Positions 28,878 through 37,179 of a stretch of 64,000 nucleotides of DNA are shown piece by piece. The notes below the pieces were generated by a model. It was not told the DNA's origin and ran no database searches. It saw only the letters and a program-made list of their open reading frames with translations. Source of the stretch: a virus; the IMG/VR virus record IMGVR_UViG_3300028025_000091, positions 109,790 to 173,789 of that record. One strand, 5' to 3'. The translations under genes were made by a program, and so were the position numbers. The first letter of the stretch is position 1; each line of letters begins with the position of its first letter.

Positions 28878-30302
28878 ATGAAATTAACAGATATACTACA
28901 CGAAATTGGAGAAGCATCATCCACTCCATATAACTACAAGTATTCTGGGGATCTTTATGAGGCATATTTTACTACAGATAAAGGTACTCCGTATAAAGTT
29001 AACTTTGGTATTGATGAGTATGATGAAATGGAAATTTCTTTTGGTACTGTAGATGAAAGGGATAATATAAATTATGAAATTGATACCAATGAAGGGAATC
29101 CATTTCGAGTTATGAGTACTATTATGAAAATAATAAATCAAGCAGTTACTCAATTTAAACCTTCAATAATTTCTTTTGGAGCTACTAAGTCAGATCCTCG
29201 AAGAATGAACATGTATAGAAAATATGTAATTAATAATATAAAAGGATATTCTATTGCCCATGATAAAGATTCATTTTTGACTCTTCAACGTGATACTTTA
29301 AAGGAGAAATTGAAAAAAACATTTAAAATTACAGAAAAAGGAATGAAATTAACAGATATATTACGCGAAATTGAAGGTGATGAAGATGGGATGAAACAAA
29401 TGAAGGTCAATTACGACCTTGCTGTTCAACCAACGGATTTAAACGCGGCACTTGATGCTATGAATAATACCGCTAATTACGGTATTTACGCGCAGAATAT
29501 GCGTGATCCTAAAGCTATTGTAAAAGCATTCGGACCTTCAATTCCTGCACAAAAAGCAGGAGCTGCTTGGAAAGATTGGGATTCTCGTTCAGACGATGAA
29601 AAAGCGTTCAAGTTAATTGACATAAAAAATAGAGTACCTGAAGCATGGGCTGCAACTGAAAAAGAAGCAGAAGCAGGCTTTGAAAAATGGCAAGCAGAAG
29701 GAAATGATGGCAGTTTAAACGACTATTTATTTACACTCCCAGGTAAATCACTTCCAAAAAGTTTTGTTGGTACATACGGAAAAAATTACTACCCAATGAA
29801 AACCCCAGACAATTTGAAAAAATATGGTGGTAAATTGGAACAAGACATTCACTATGTAGTAAAAGATGGTAAAATCATCTTCCCATCAACACTTGAAAAC
29901 CCATACAAAACAAAACCATACTTGTCCAAAGTATTGAAAACAATCATGGACAATGCAGGAGTTGAATTCCAATTGGTAGATGTTGAACAAGATGGAGGTG
30001 AAGCACCAAAAACAGTAGAAAAACCAAAAGCAGAAACAGTACCACCATTGTCTGTAACAGCTGATAGTTTAGATAAAATAGACAAAATTCGTAAAGCATT
30101 CCAAAAAGAAATTGGAGACGTTCCAACAGCAAAATACGAAACAGAAGCAGTTGAAACAGAAGCTGGAAGACAATACAAACTAGTAGTAACCGGTATTTCA
30201 GCTGATCAACGTAAAAAACTTTTAGTAAGAAAATCTACGTTGAAAGAGGAAATGGATTTTGATTATGGAATGTATAGAATGAAAAAATTAGCAGGATTAT
30301 AA
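28878..30302 (+). CDS. Putative internal head protein, fusion of two MKLTDILxEI-led modules
   Basis: Leader repeated at 28878 and 29343; C-terminal RMKKLAGL. Confidence 0.55.
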   Translation: MKLTDILHEIGEASSTPYNYKYSGDLYEAYFTTDKGTPYKVNFGIDEYDEMEISFGTVDERDNINYEIDTNEGNPFRVMSTIMKIINQAVTQFKPSIISFGATKSDPRRMNMYRKYVINNIKGYSIAHDKDSFLTLQRDTLKEKLKKTFKITEKGMKLTDILREIEGDEDGMKQMKVNYDLAVQPTDLNAALDAMNNTANYGIYAQNMRDPKAIVKAFGPSIPAQKAGAAWKDWDSRSDDEKAFKLIDIKNRVPEAWAATEKEAEAGFEKWQAEGNDGSLNDYLFTLPGKSLPKSFVGTYGKNYYPMKTPDNLKKYGGKLEQDIHYVVKDGKIIFPSTLENPYKTKPYLSKVLKTIMDNAGVEFQLVDVEQDGGEAPKTVEKPKAETVPPLSVTADSLDKIDKIRKAFQKEIGDVPTAKYETEAVETEAGRQYKLVVTGISADQRKKLLVRKSTLKEEMDFDYGMYRMKKLAGL

Positions 30303-30652
30303 TGGATAATTTCGATTTAAAAAAATATTTAGCTGAAAACAAGCTAAATGAAGCTGTTGGGTATGTACTCTATAATACAGCAGGACAAATGATCTCTCAA
30401 GTTGGTTTATTTACCCAAGAACTTGCAGACGAGTTAGAAACAGAAGGCAGAGGAAATTTATCTCGTTTCTTTGACACCCCAGAAGAAAAAGCAGAATTGA
30501 TTAAAATTTCAGAAGCATATCCTGCTTATCTAGCTAAAGTAAAAGCAATGATGGATGAATTGATGAATGATCCAATGTATCAAGTTGCAGTAGGTGATGC
30601 TGGAAGAGACAATGCATTAGAAAAAGCTTATTATAGAGCAAAAAATATTTAA
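30302..30652 (+). CDS. Putative internal head protein
   Basis: Leader MDNFDLKKYLAENKLNE. Confidence 0.5.
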   Translation: MDNFDLKKYLAENKLNEAVGYVLYNTAGQMISQVGLFTQELADELETEGRGNLSRFFDTPEEKAELIKISEAYPAYLAKVKAMMDELMNDPMYQVAVGDAGRDNALEKAYYRAKNI

Positions 30653-30653
30653 T

Positions 30654-31001
30654 ATGAAAAAGGAACAACTTAGACAACTCATCAAAGAGGAAATTAAGAA
30701 CATCCTTCAAGAATCTATAAATATGAATGATGTGTATTTCATTTTGAAAACATATAAATTTAACCCCGAAATTATTGATGGTAATAGAATTACAGGAATC
30801 AAAGCTATTGATTTTGGAACGTACGATGAAAAAACAGGTGAAGATGCAGGGCGTCTAAGGATTGACTCAAATGGCACAATGTATGGTCATGATCTATGGG
30901 GAACGGATATAAAAAAGGCTGAAGAAATTTTAGATGCTATTGATCATTATAGAAGAGATCAAAGAGATTTAGAAAATTCCAAAAGATCAAAAAATATTTA
31001 A
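30654..31001 (+). CDS. Putative internal head protein
   Basis: Leader MKKEQLRQLIKEEIKNILQE. Confidence 0.5.
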   Translation: MKKEQLRQLIKEEIKNILQESINMNDVYFILKTYKFNPEIIDGNRITGIKAIDFGTYDEKTGEDAGRLRIDSNGTMYGHDLWGTDIKKAEEILDAIDHYRRDQRDLENSKRSKNI

Positions 31002-31008
31002 ATGAAGA

Positions 31009-31032
31009 GCTTGCCTAGTGCAAGCCTTTTTT
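31009..31032 (+). terminator. Rho-independent terminator
   Basis: GCTTGC-CTAGT-GCAAGC plus T-run. Confidence 0.65.
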
Positions 31033-31045
31033 GTATAATACGGTT

Positions 31046-31954
31046 ATGAAAGAAAATACGTTATATGTAGAACGTTTTCGTCCTACCGAACTGCAATATT
31101 ATGTTGGTAACGAAAACATTAAAGAGACAATCCAAAAATACCTAGACCAAGGTGATATCCAAAACTTCATCTTCTATGGTCCTGCAGGTACAGGTAAAAC
31201 TACCCTAGCAAAAATTATCGTTAAAAATCTAGACTGCGATTATCTTTATATAAACGCATCTGATGAAAATGGAATCGATACTATTCGAGAGAAAGTAAAA
31301 GGATTCGCTAGTGCTGCATCTTGGAAAGGTATTAAAGTAGTAATTCTAGATGAAGCAGATTTCATTACAATCCAGGGACAAGCCGCTTTACGAAATGTAA
31401 TTGAAACATTCTCCCGCTCAACTCGATTTATCTTAACCTGTAACTTTGTAGAGCGAATTATTGACCCACTCCAATCACGTTGCCAGGTACTTAAAATTGT
31501 ACCACCAACAAAAATGGATGTGTACAATCATTTAGTTTGGATATTGGAGGATCAATTATCTATTGAATACTATCCCGATGGTTTAAAAGCACTCATATTA
31601 AAATACTATCCTGATATGCGTAAGATGTTAAACGTTTTACAAATGTCTGTAAAAGATGGTATTGTTGAATTTGACGAAACCGTTTTGACCTCAAACAACT
31701 ATGTCAAAGATGTATTGAAAGAGCTAGCAGGTAAGAAAAATTGGATTGCCATTAGACAGATTATAGCAGATTCAAACGTTAAGGATTTTGAAGAACTATA
31801 TCGCACCCTATTCGAATACGCTCCCAAATACGCCCCAGGCAAGGAAGGATCAATCACAATCATATTAAACGAGCATTTGTATCAAGCAAATTTCCGAATT
31901 GATAAAGAAATTAATGTAATGTCTGCAATTGCAAAAATTATAGAAGTGATATGA
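31046..31954 (+). CDS. Clamp loader large subunit (RFC/T4 gp44-like AAA+ ATPase)
   Basis: VERFRP, GPAGTGKTT, INASDENG, LDEAD, SRC. Confidence 0.95.
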   Translation: MKENTLYVERFRPTELQYYVGNENIKETIQKYLDQGDIQNFIFYGPAGTGKTTLAKIIVKNLDCDYLYINASDENGIDTIREKVKGFASAASWKGIKVVILDEADFITIQGQAALRNVIETFSRSTRFILTCNFVERIIDPLQSRCQVLKIVPPTKMDVYNHLVWILEDQLSIEYYPDGLKALILKYYPDMRKMLNVLQMSVKDGIVEFDETVLTSNNYVKDVLKELAGKKNWIAIRQIIADSNVKDFEELYRTLFEYAPKYAPGKEGSITIILNEHLYQANFRIDKEINVMSAIAKIIEVI

Positions 31955-32154
31955 AACACCTATTAAGATATACTCTTTCGTGGATATCTCAAAATTTGGC
32001 TGTACCTTTCTGGACAATCGGACATATCCACTTGATGACAACAATATATGCTGACATATATGAAATCATAATGTCGCTTGGATTAAACCTAATTGTAGCA
32101 GCTGGATTTATAGCTGACTTTATAGATTATAGAAAAGAAAAAACAAATAAATAA
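31951..32154 (+). CDS. Small membrane protein
   Basis: Two hydrophobic segments; ends KEKTNK. Confidence 0.6.
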   Translation: MKHLLRYTLSWISQNLAVPFWTIGHIHLMTTIYADIYEIIMSLGLNLIVAAGFIADFIDYRKEKTNK

Positions 32155-32167
32155 AACAACAAGAACA

Positions 32168-32347
32168 ATGAATAAAATAGAAAGAGCAATCTATGATGTA
32201 AAACTACACATAGCAAATAAACAAAGTCAATTTGAAATCTTAAAAGCACAACTTGTTACATTGGAAGCTGTGTTAAAAACTATGGAATTAATACGGGAAG
32301 ATGATTCAATACCACACGAAGTATATAAATCAGAAGCAGATTTATAA
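32168..32347 (+). CDS. Cassette-borne hypothetical protein (59 aa, not in ORF track)
   Basis: MNKIERAIYDVKL...; starts at the junction ATG; after its TAA the frame continues TIKQQE*. Confidence 0.65.
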   Translation: MNKIERAIYDVKLHIANKQSQFEILKAQLVTLEAVLKTMELIREDDSIPHEVYKSEADL

Positions 32348-32367
32348 ACTATTAAACAACAAGAATA

Positions 32368-32712
32368 ATGAATAAAGAATTTGTGCCTTATGAGTTGGCT
32401 TTAAAACTCAAACAACTTGGCTTTGATGAGCCTTGTATTGCAACACATGGATATTTAGAATTATACATAAATACTGATGATGGACATCTTAAAGCACCAC
32501 TATTCCAACAAGTATTTAGATGGTTTAGGGATGTGCATGGACATAATGGAATTGTTGAGGGTTGCAAAAAGCATGGTTTTGAATGGTGTATATTTCCTGA
32601 TATGGAACATTACATAAAACCACCAAATAATTTTAACACCTACGAAGAAGCAGAACTTGCTTGTCTTGAGAAGCTAATTGAGATTGTAGAAACTAAAAAA
32701 CAAGAACAATGA
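32368..32712 (+). CDS. Cassette-borne hypothetical protein
   Basis: MNKEFVPYELALKLKQLGFDEPC...; ends KKQEQ. Confidence 0.75.
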   Translation: MNKEFVPYELALKLKQLGFDEPCIATHGYLELYINTDDGHLKAPLFQQVFRWFRDVHGHNGIVEGCKKHGFEWCIFPDMEHYIKPPNNFNTYEEAELACLEKLIEIVETKKQEQ

Positions 32713-32894
32713 AAACAGCAGTAGAATTTTATAGAGAAGAATTAAATGCTTTGGTTAGCTTTAAAGAATCCAAATATAAAACGGAACAAGAAATTTTTGA
32801 ACAAGCCAAAGAAATGGAGAATAAATTTATTGAAGACTATAAGATATATAAAAAGTATTGGGAAATAACAGCTAAATTATCAATTAAAAAATAA
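32709..32894 (+). CDS. Cassette-borne hypothetical protein
   Basis: MKTAVE...EQAKEME modules. Confidence 0.7.
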   Translation: MKTAVEFYREELNALVSFKESKYKTEQEIFEQAKEMENKFIEDYKIYKKYWEITAKLSIKK

Positions 32895-32905
32895 AACAAA
32901 ATAAA

Positions 32906-33427
32906 ATGGAAACAAGAAAAAGCAAAGTAACAATTAAGGATGCAGTACATAATGATTATTACTGCCCCATCCCATTAGATGTATTTCCTAATTATATGGG
33001 AATAAATTTAGTAAGTGTTGACTCAGTAGAATGGGTCAAACAAGAAGACGGACAGTTAGTCACATTAACAGTGAACTTTATTCCAAACAATGACGGAACA
33101 ATTGAAGAAATTGCTGAAGAATTTTATTCTGAACAATCAAAAGCTTACGAAGATGCAACAGAACCTATGTTTGATAATTCAAGATATTTAGTTGCAGGTT
33201 TTATTGATGGAGCTAAATGGCAACAAGAACAAGCCAAACAAATGGAGAAAGAGCATCGAGAAACCCATAAGTACACTGAATTTGATATAATTAATGCATT
33301 TGAATATGGGTGGAATCAATATGGGTGGAATAAACAACAATATGGTATAATGGATGAAGATAAGATACATCGAATACAAAAAAGGCTTATACAATCCCTC
33401 AATGAAACTAAACAACAAGAACAATGA
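32906..33427 (+). CDS. Cassette-borne mosaic hypothetical protein
   Basis: Internal QQEQ-AKQMEK junction; ends KQQEQ. Confidence 0.7.
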   Translation: METRKSKVTIKDAVHNDYYCPIPLDVFPNYMGINLVSVDSVEWVKQEDGQLVTLTVNFIPNNDGTIEEIAEEFYSEQSKAYEDATEPMFDNSRYLVAGFIDGAKWQQEQAKQMEKEHRETHKYTEFDIINAFEYGWNQYGWNKQQYGIMDEDKIHRIQKRLIQSLNETKQQEQ

Positions 33428-33771
33428 AAACAACAGTAGAATACAAATACCCAGTAGGTGATTTTTTAAGCGGATTTTCTGAGGATAAAAATAATCCATG
33501 TGACTATGAATTAGAATGCCAAAGAATGGTAATTAGAGGTGTAGAATATTTTGACCAACACCCAGAACTATTTGATTTAATAACAACTACAAATGTGAAG
33601 ACTTCTGATGATGTTATGAAACCTATGATTGAGTATATGTGTTTAAATGAGGAAAACCCAGAAGAATCAGAAGGTCAAACAGGTGCAATGGTAGCACATA
33701 CAGTTAAAGTAGCTTATCATGCTAAAAAAATGGGTTGGGAAACATATATTCAAAAGATAACAGAAAAATAA
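33424..33771 (+). CDS. Cassette-borne hypothetical protein
   Basis: MKTTVE start at a junction. Confidence 0.7.
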   Translation: MKTTVEYKYPVGDFLSGFSEDKNNPCDYELECQRMVIRGVEYFDQHPELFDLITTTNVKTSDDVMKPMIEYMCLNEENPEESEGQTGAMVAHTVKVAYHAKKMGWETYIQKITEK

Positions 33772-33783
33772 ACAACAAGAACA

Positions 33784-34155
33784 ATGAGTAAAGGAACATT
33801 CAAGGTTATTCCAATAGAAATATATTGCACAGAACTAGTAGTATCAATTGGACAGACAGATGACGAAATCTTTGATGAGTGTAAGAAACGTTGGGAATGG
33901 GATAAATATGAAAGTGTAGTAATTTCATCAGTATCAAGCCAGAGCCTAGCCAATTTCTCCAGCAACTCAAAGATGTTTATGATCCGGTTTAAGGAAAAGG
34001 AACCTAAGGATGGATTGATTGCACATGAAGCATTCCATGCCGCCTTTAGGATACTTAATTCGATTGGACTCAATCCAAGCTATGAAACCGAAGAAGCCTA
34101 TGCTTACTTGTTAGATTACATCGTTAATAAAATAAAAGAAAAAACAAATAAATAA
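33784..34155 (+). CDS. Cassette-borne protein with HExxH zinc-metallopeptidase-like motif
   Basis: IAHEAFHA...EEAYAYL. Confidence 0.6.
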   Translation: MSKGTFKVIPIEIYCTELVVSIGQTDDEIFDECKKRWEWDKYESVVISSVSSQSLANFSSNSKMFMIRFKEKEPKDGLIAHEAFHAAFRILNSIGLNPSYETEEAYAYLLDYIVNKIKEKTNK

Positions 34156-34160
34156 CACAT

Positions 34161-34406
34161 ATGAACCAACAACCAAAAATGAACATTGACTTCAAAAACA
34201 CTACATCAGTAGAAGGTTTTGATGGAGGTAAATTATTCGGACAAGCAGTATTGATCCGTAAAATCTCAAAATTCTTAGTAGGAGCAGATGAAGATGCTTT
34301 AATTCCAATCCCAGTATTTTATTGCTTGGAATCGAAAAAAATCCTAGTAGATTCACTCCCACCAGAATTGAGAGAAGAATATAAAGATATTACTTTAGAT
34401 GTCTAA
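34161..34406 (+). CDS. Conserved-looking hypothetical phage protein
   Basis: 81-aa ORF between the clamp-loader genes. Confidence 0.6.
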   Translation: MNQQPKMNIDFKNTTSVEGFDGGKLFGQAVLIRKISKFLVGADEDALIPIPVFYCLESKKILVDSLPPELREEYKDITLDV

Positions 34407-34830
34407 GAAACAGATAAAAGATATTTGGGGGTGGTTGAATGAAATCACCCTTTATAAAACACCTGTAGAAAACATTTCCGAGGAATCATGGGATAAATGG
34501 AACTCTTACATGATACATCGATATGTATCTATGAATATAAATTATGTTGAGCTAGCTAATTATGTTCAAACTCTGCCTTACGAGAACAAGCAACAAACAT
34601 ATATAATTTATAGAGAGATGATTCCAAAAACTAAAGTATTCTTGAAGTACATCAAGTCAAGAAACAAAAAACAGCCTGCAACGTTAGTAGAGTACGTAGC
34701 AAAACATTTTGAATGCAGCCTAGGTGAAGCTGAAGAGTATATTGATATTTTAAGAGAAGCAGGCACACGAAGTGTCCTCTATAGAATGGGAATTGAAGAT
34801 AAAGAAATAGAAAAGTTATTAAAAAAATGA
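34399..34830 (+). CDS. Clamp loader small subunit (T4 gp62-like)
   Basis: YMIHRYVSM....ELAN, FLKYIK, VAKHFECS..EAEEY. Confidence 0.7.
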   Translation: MSKKQIKDIWGWLNEITLYKTPVENISEESWDKWNSYMIHRYVSMNINYVELANYVQTLPYENKQQTYIIYREMIPKTKVFLKYIKSRNKKQPATLVEYVAKHFECSLGEAEEYIDILREAGTRSVLYRMGIEDKEIEKLLKK

Positions 34831-35090
34831 CAGACAATACAGACGTTGGAAGACATAGAGTAGAATCGTTTTATACAAGAACTGTTAAAAAAACAGATTC
34901 GGTTGTAGATTCAATCATCGATAAATTTATTGAGAGAGCAACAGTAGGTAAAGCCAAATACGGAACAGACCTAGACCGCAATGACCTATCTTTAGAAGAC
35001 TGGCTAGAACATAGTATCCAAGAAAAAATGGATGATATTTTGTATATGCAAAAGACCCTAAAAGTAGTGCGCGAAACAAAAAACTCATAA
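34827..35090 (+). CDS. Hypothetical protein, possible all-alpha NTP-pyrophosphatase fold
   Basis: G.AKYG..L, W.EH..QE.MD.ILY. Confidence 0.45.
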   Translation: MTDNTDVGRHRVESFYTRTVKKTDSVVDSIIDKFIERATVGKAKYGTDLDRNDLSLEDWLEHSIQEKMDDILYMQKTLKVVRETKNS

Positions 35091-35112
35091 TATTTATTAT
35101 AAAATACATAAA

Positions 35113-35625
35113 ATGGATAAAGAAACCTTACGTATGCAAATGTTGGCTGGTGTAATCACAGAAAGTGAATATGTAGCTATTATCAATAAAGAAATCGAAG
35201 AAGAAGATAAATCATCTTTAAATGAATCTATGATCGGAGGGATTGTAGGAGTTGGAGCAATTAACCAAATCCCACCTCGTGAAAAAACAGATTATGAATT
35301 AGCATTTGAACACTTTTTAGGTGAGCGTTACCAAATCAAACCAAACCGAGAAAGAGACGACATCAAAGACATCAACGAGGAAGATAAAGTTGAAGAAGGT
35401 AAAGAAGGAAAAATGTATTTTCATGTATTAGAAGATGGTGGGTATGGTGAAATAGGATGGAAAGGTGTTTATAACACTGAAGAAGAAGCTCAAAATAGAG
35501 CTGATTCATTATCTGATATGTTCTCTGATTCATCATTTTATGTTGAAGCTTCAGATAGTGAAGATGAGCCATATAATGTTACTATGGAAGAAGGTAAAGA
35601 AGTTGAAGAACCATACAACTACTAA
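35113..35625 (+). CDS. Putative internal head protein
   Basis: Leader RMQMLAGVITESE; acidic; preceded by AATATTTATT. Confidence 0.5.
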   Translation: MDKETLRMQMLAGVITESEYVAIINKEIEEEDKSSLNESMIGGIVGVGAINQIPPREKTDYELAFEHFLGERYQIKPNRERDDIKDINEEDKVEEGKEGKMYFHVLEDGGYGEIGWKGVYNTEEEAQNRADSLSDMFSDSSFYVEASDSEDEPYNVTMEEGKEVEEPYNY

Positions 35626-35626
35626 T

Positions 35627-35863
35627 ATGAACCCAAAAGACACAATTATAGTAGATGTTCCTCTATTCATTCGCTTGCTAGAATATGCTCGTGAAGATGC
35701 TAAAACAGATATGGACCTACATAACGTAGCAGAAAATATTATCGACTTAAGCGAAGAAGGACAAGTTCTATCAATGGATGACTACAATGCAATTGTAGGA
35801 ACTACCGAAGAAGAAATTGCTGAGATTCGAATGATGCAAGTTAGAGCAGGAATCATTAAATAA
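35627..35863 (+). CDS. Hypothetical protein (head-associated candidate)
   Basis: DVPLFIRLLEYAREDA; C-terminal RMMQVRAGII. Confidence 0.6.
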   Translation: MNPKDTIIVDVPLFIRLLEYAREDAKTDMDLHNVAENIIDLSEEGQVLSMDDYNAIVGTTEEEIAEIRMMQVRAGIIK

Positions 35864-35872
35864 TATTTAGGA

Positions 35873-35931
35873 CCGTTACACAAACTGTAACGGCGAAACC
35901 CCCAACGTCGCTATCGTGGGGGTTTCTTTTT
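35873..35931 (+). terminator. Double hairpin with T-tail
   Basis: CCGTTACA/TGTAACGG, then GAAACCCCCA/TGGGGGTTTC + TTTTT. Confidence 0.75.
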
Positions 35932-35968
35932 CCTTGGATAAGCAAAAAATTTTTTGTACATTTAGGTA

Positions 35969-36904
35969 ATGAAAAAGAAGTTACCTGCTTTACTAAAAGA
36001 AATTAAGAGCAAACAATTGCCTCAAATAGATTATGCAACCCAAAAATCGGTTTCATATTCCCAAATGTCCATGTTCAATGAGTGTCCTAAAAAATGGTCA
36101 CTCCAATACAAAGAAGGACATAAACAATTCACTTCATCTATTCATACTGTTTTTGGAACGGCACTTCACGAAGTACTTCAAGCATACTTGACTGTAATGT
36201 ATGAAAAAAGCGGAGCCGAAGCAGACCGTTTAAACATGTATGAAATGTTTGAAGATGCTTTACGTGAAGAATATAAAAAACAATACAAAGCAAACAACAA
36301 CCTACACTTTTCAGCTCCAGACGAGCTTAGGGAATTTTTTGAGGATGGGATCGCTATTATAAGGGAATTTGCTAAAGACAAAAGTAAATATTTTTCTAAA
36401 CGCGGTTGGCATTTAGTGGGATGTGAGCTACCTTTGGTTCTGACCCCATCTTCAAAATTACCTAACGTTATGTTTCAAGGTTTTCTTGATTTAGTAATGT
36501 ATCATGAACCAACCAACAGAATTAAGATCATAGATATCAAAACAAGTAGACAAGGTTGGAGCAAAAAAGAAAAATCGGACGAAAACAAACAATTCCAACT
36601 TATCCTATACAAAAAATACTTTGCTGAAACATATAACATCCCAGTAGAGAATATAGAGATTGAGTTTATGATTGTAAAACGTAAGATATTTGAAAGCGAA
36701 AACTTTGTAATCAAACGCGTACAATTATACAAACCTGCATCAGGTAAAGTAAAATTAAACAAAGTATCAAAATCTATTGAAGCCTTTGTAGAACAAGCAT
36801 TTGATCAAAACGGATACAAAGATGTTGAACATCAACCAACACCTCATAAAAATTGTAATTGGTGTCCATTTCATAAAACCCATTTATGTTCTGCGACTTT
36901 TTAA
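35969..36904 (+). CDS. PD-(D/E)XK nuclease (RecB/Cas4-like exonuclease)
   Basis: SYSQ....ECP, GTALH, G.LD, IIDIKT, QL.LY, C-terminal CNWCPF...C. Confidence 0.85.
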   Translation: MKKKLPALLKEIKSKQLPQIDYATQKSVSYSQMSMFNECPKKWSLQYKEGHKQFTSSIHTVFGTALHEVLQAYLTVMYEKSGAEADRLNMYEMFEDALREEYKKQYKANNNLHFSAPDELREFFEDGIAIIREFAKDKSKYFSKRGWHLVGCELPLVLTPSSKLPNVMFQGFLDLVMYHEPTNRIKIIDIKTSRQGWSKKEKSDENKQFQLILYKKYFAETYNIPVENIEIEFMIVKRKIFESENFVIKRVQLYKPASGKVKLNKVSKSIEAFVEQAFDQNGYKDVEHQPTPHKNCNWCPFHKTHLCSATF

Positions 36905-36948
36905 GATCTCTTATATATGTATATTATATAAATAAATAAAAATATACC

Positions 36949-37146
36949 ATGAGTGAAAAAAACCAACAATTAACATCTGTCAAATTAGACAAAGATCTAT
37001 TTGAACAGTTTAAAGTTGAATGTATCAAAAGAAAATTCAGCTTTCAAAAACTATCCGAACGAGCAGTTCACCTTTATTTAACGGATGACAGCTTTAGAAA
37101 ACAAGTTCATAACCACAGTGATTTAAGTTTGGAAACCGAAGATTAA
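36949..37146 (+). CDS. Ribbon-helix-helix-like DNA-binding protein
   Basis: LTSVKLDKDLFEQFK..C......FQKL.ERA..LYL. Confidence 0.55.
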   Translation: MSEKNQQLTSVKLDKDLFEQFKVECIKRKFSFQKLSERAVHLYLTDDSFRKQVHNHSDLSLETED

Positions 37147-37179
37147 TTTCTTACATTTATTAAAAATTAAAATAGTTAT

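Larger units (their letters stand above)
32133..34155 (+). mobile_element. Cassette cluster 2: ~2.0-kb block of six small ORFs flanked by 22-bp direct repeats
   Basis: AAAAGAAAAAACAAATAAATAA at 32133-32154 and 34134-34155; 18-bp junctions at 32154, 32354, 32695, 33410, 33770. Confidence 0.7.

Noticed and set aside
35969-36904. Cas4 as a sign of a CRISPR system
   Set aside because: It is a stand-alone PD-(D/E)XK nuclease common in phages; no array or cas1/cas2.
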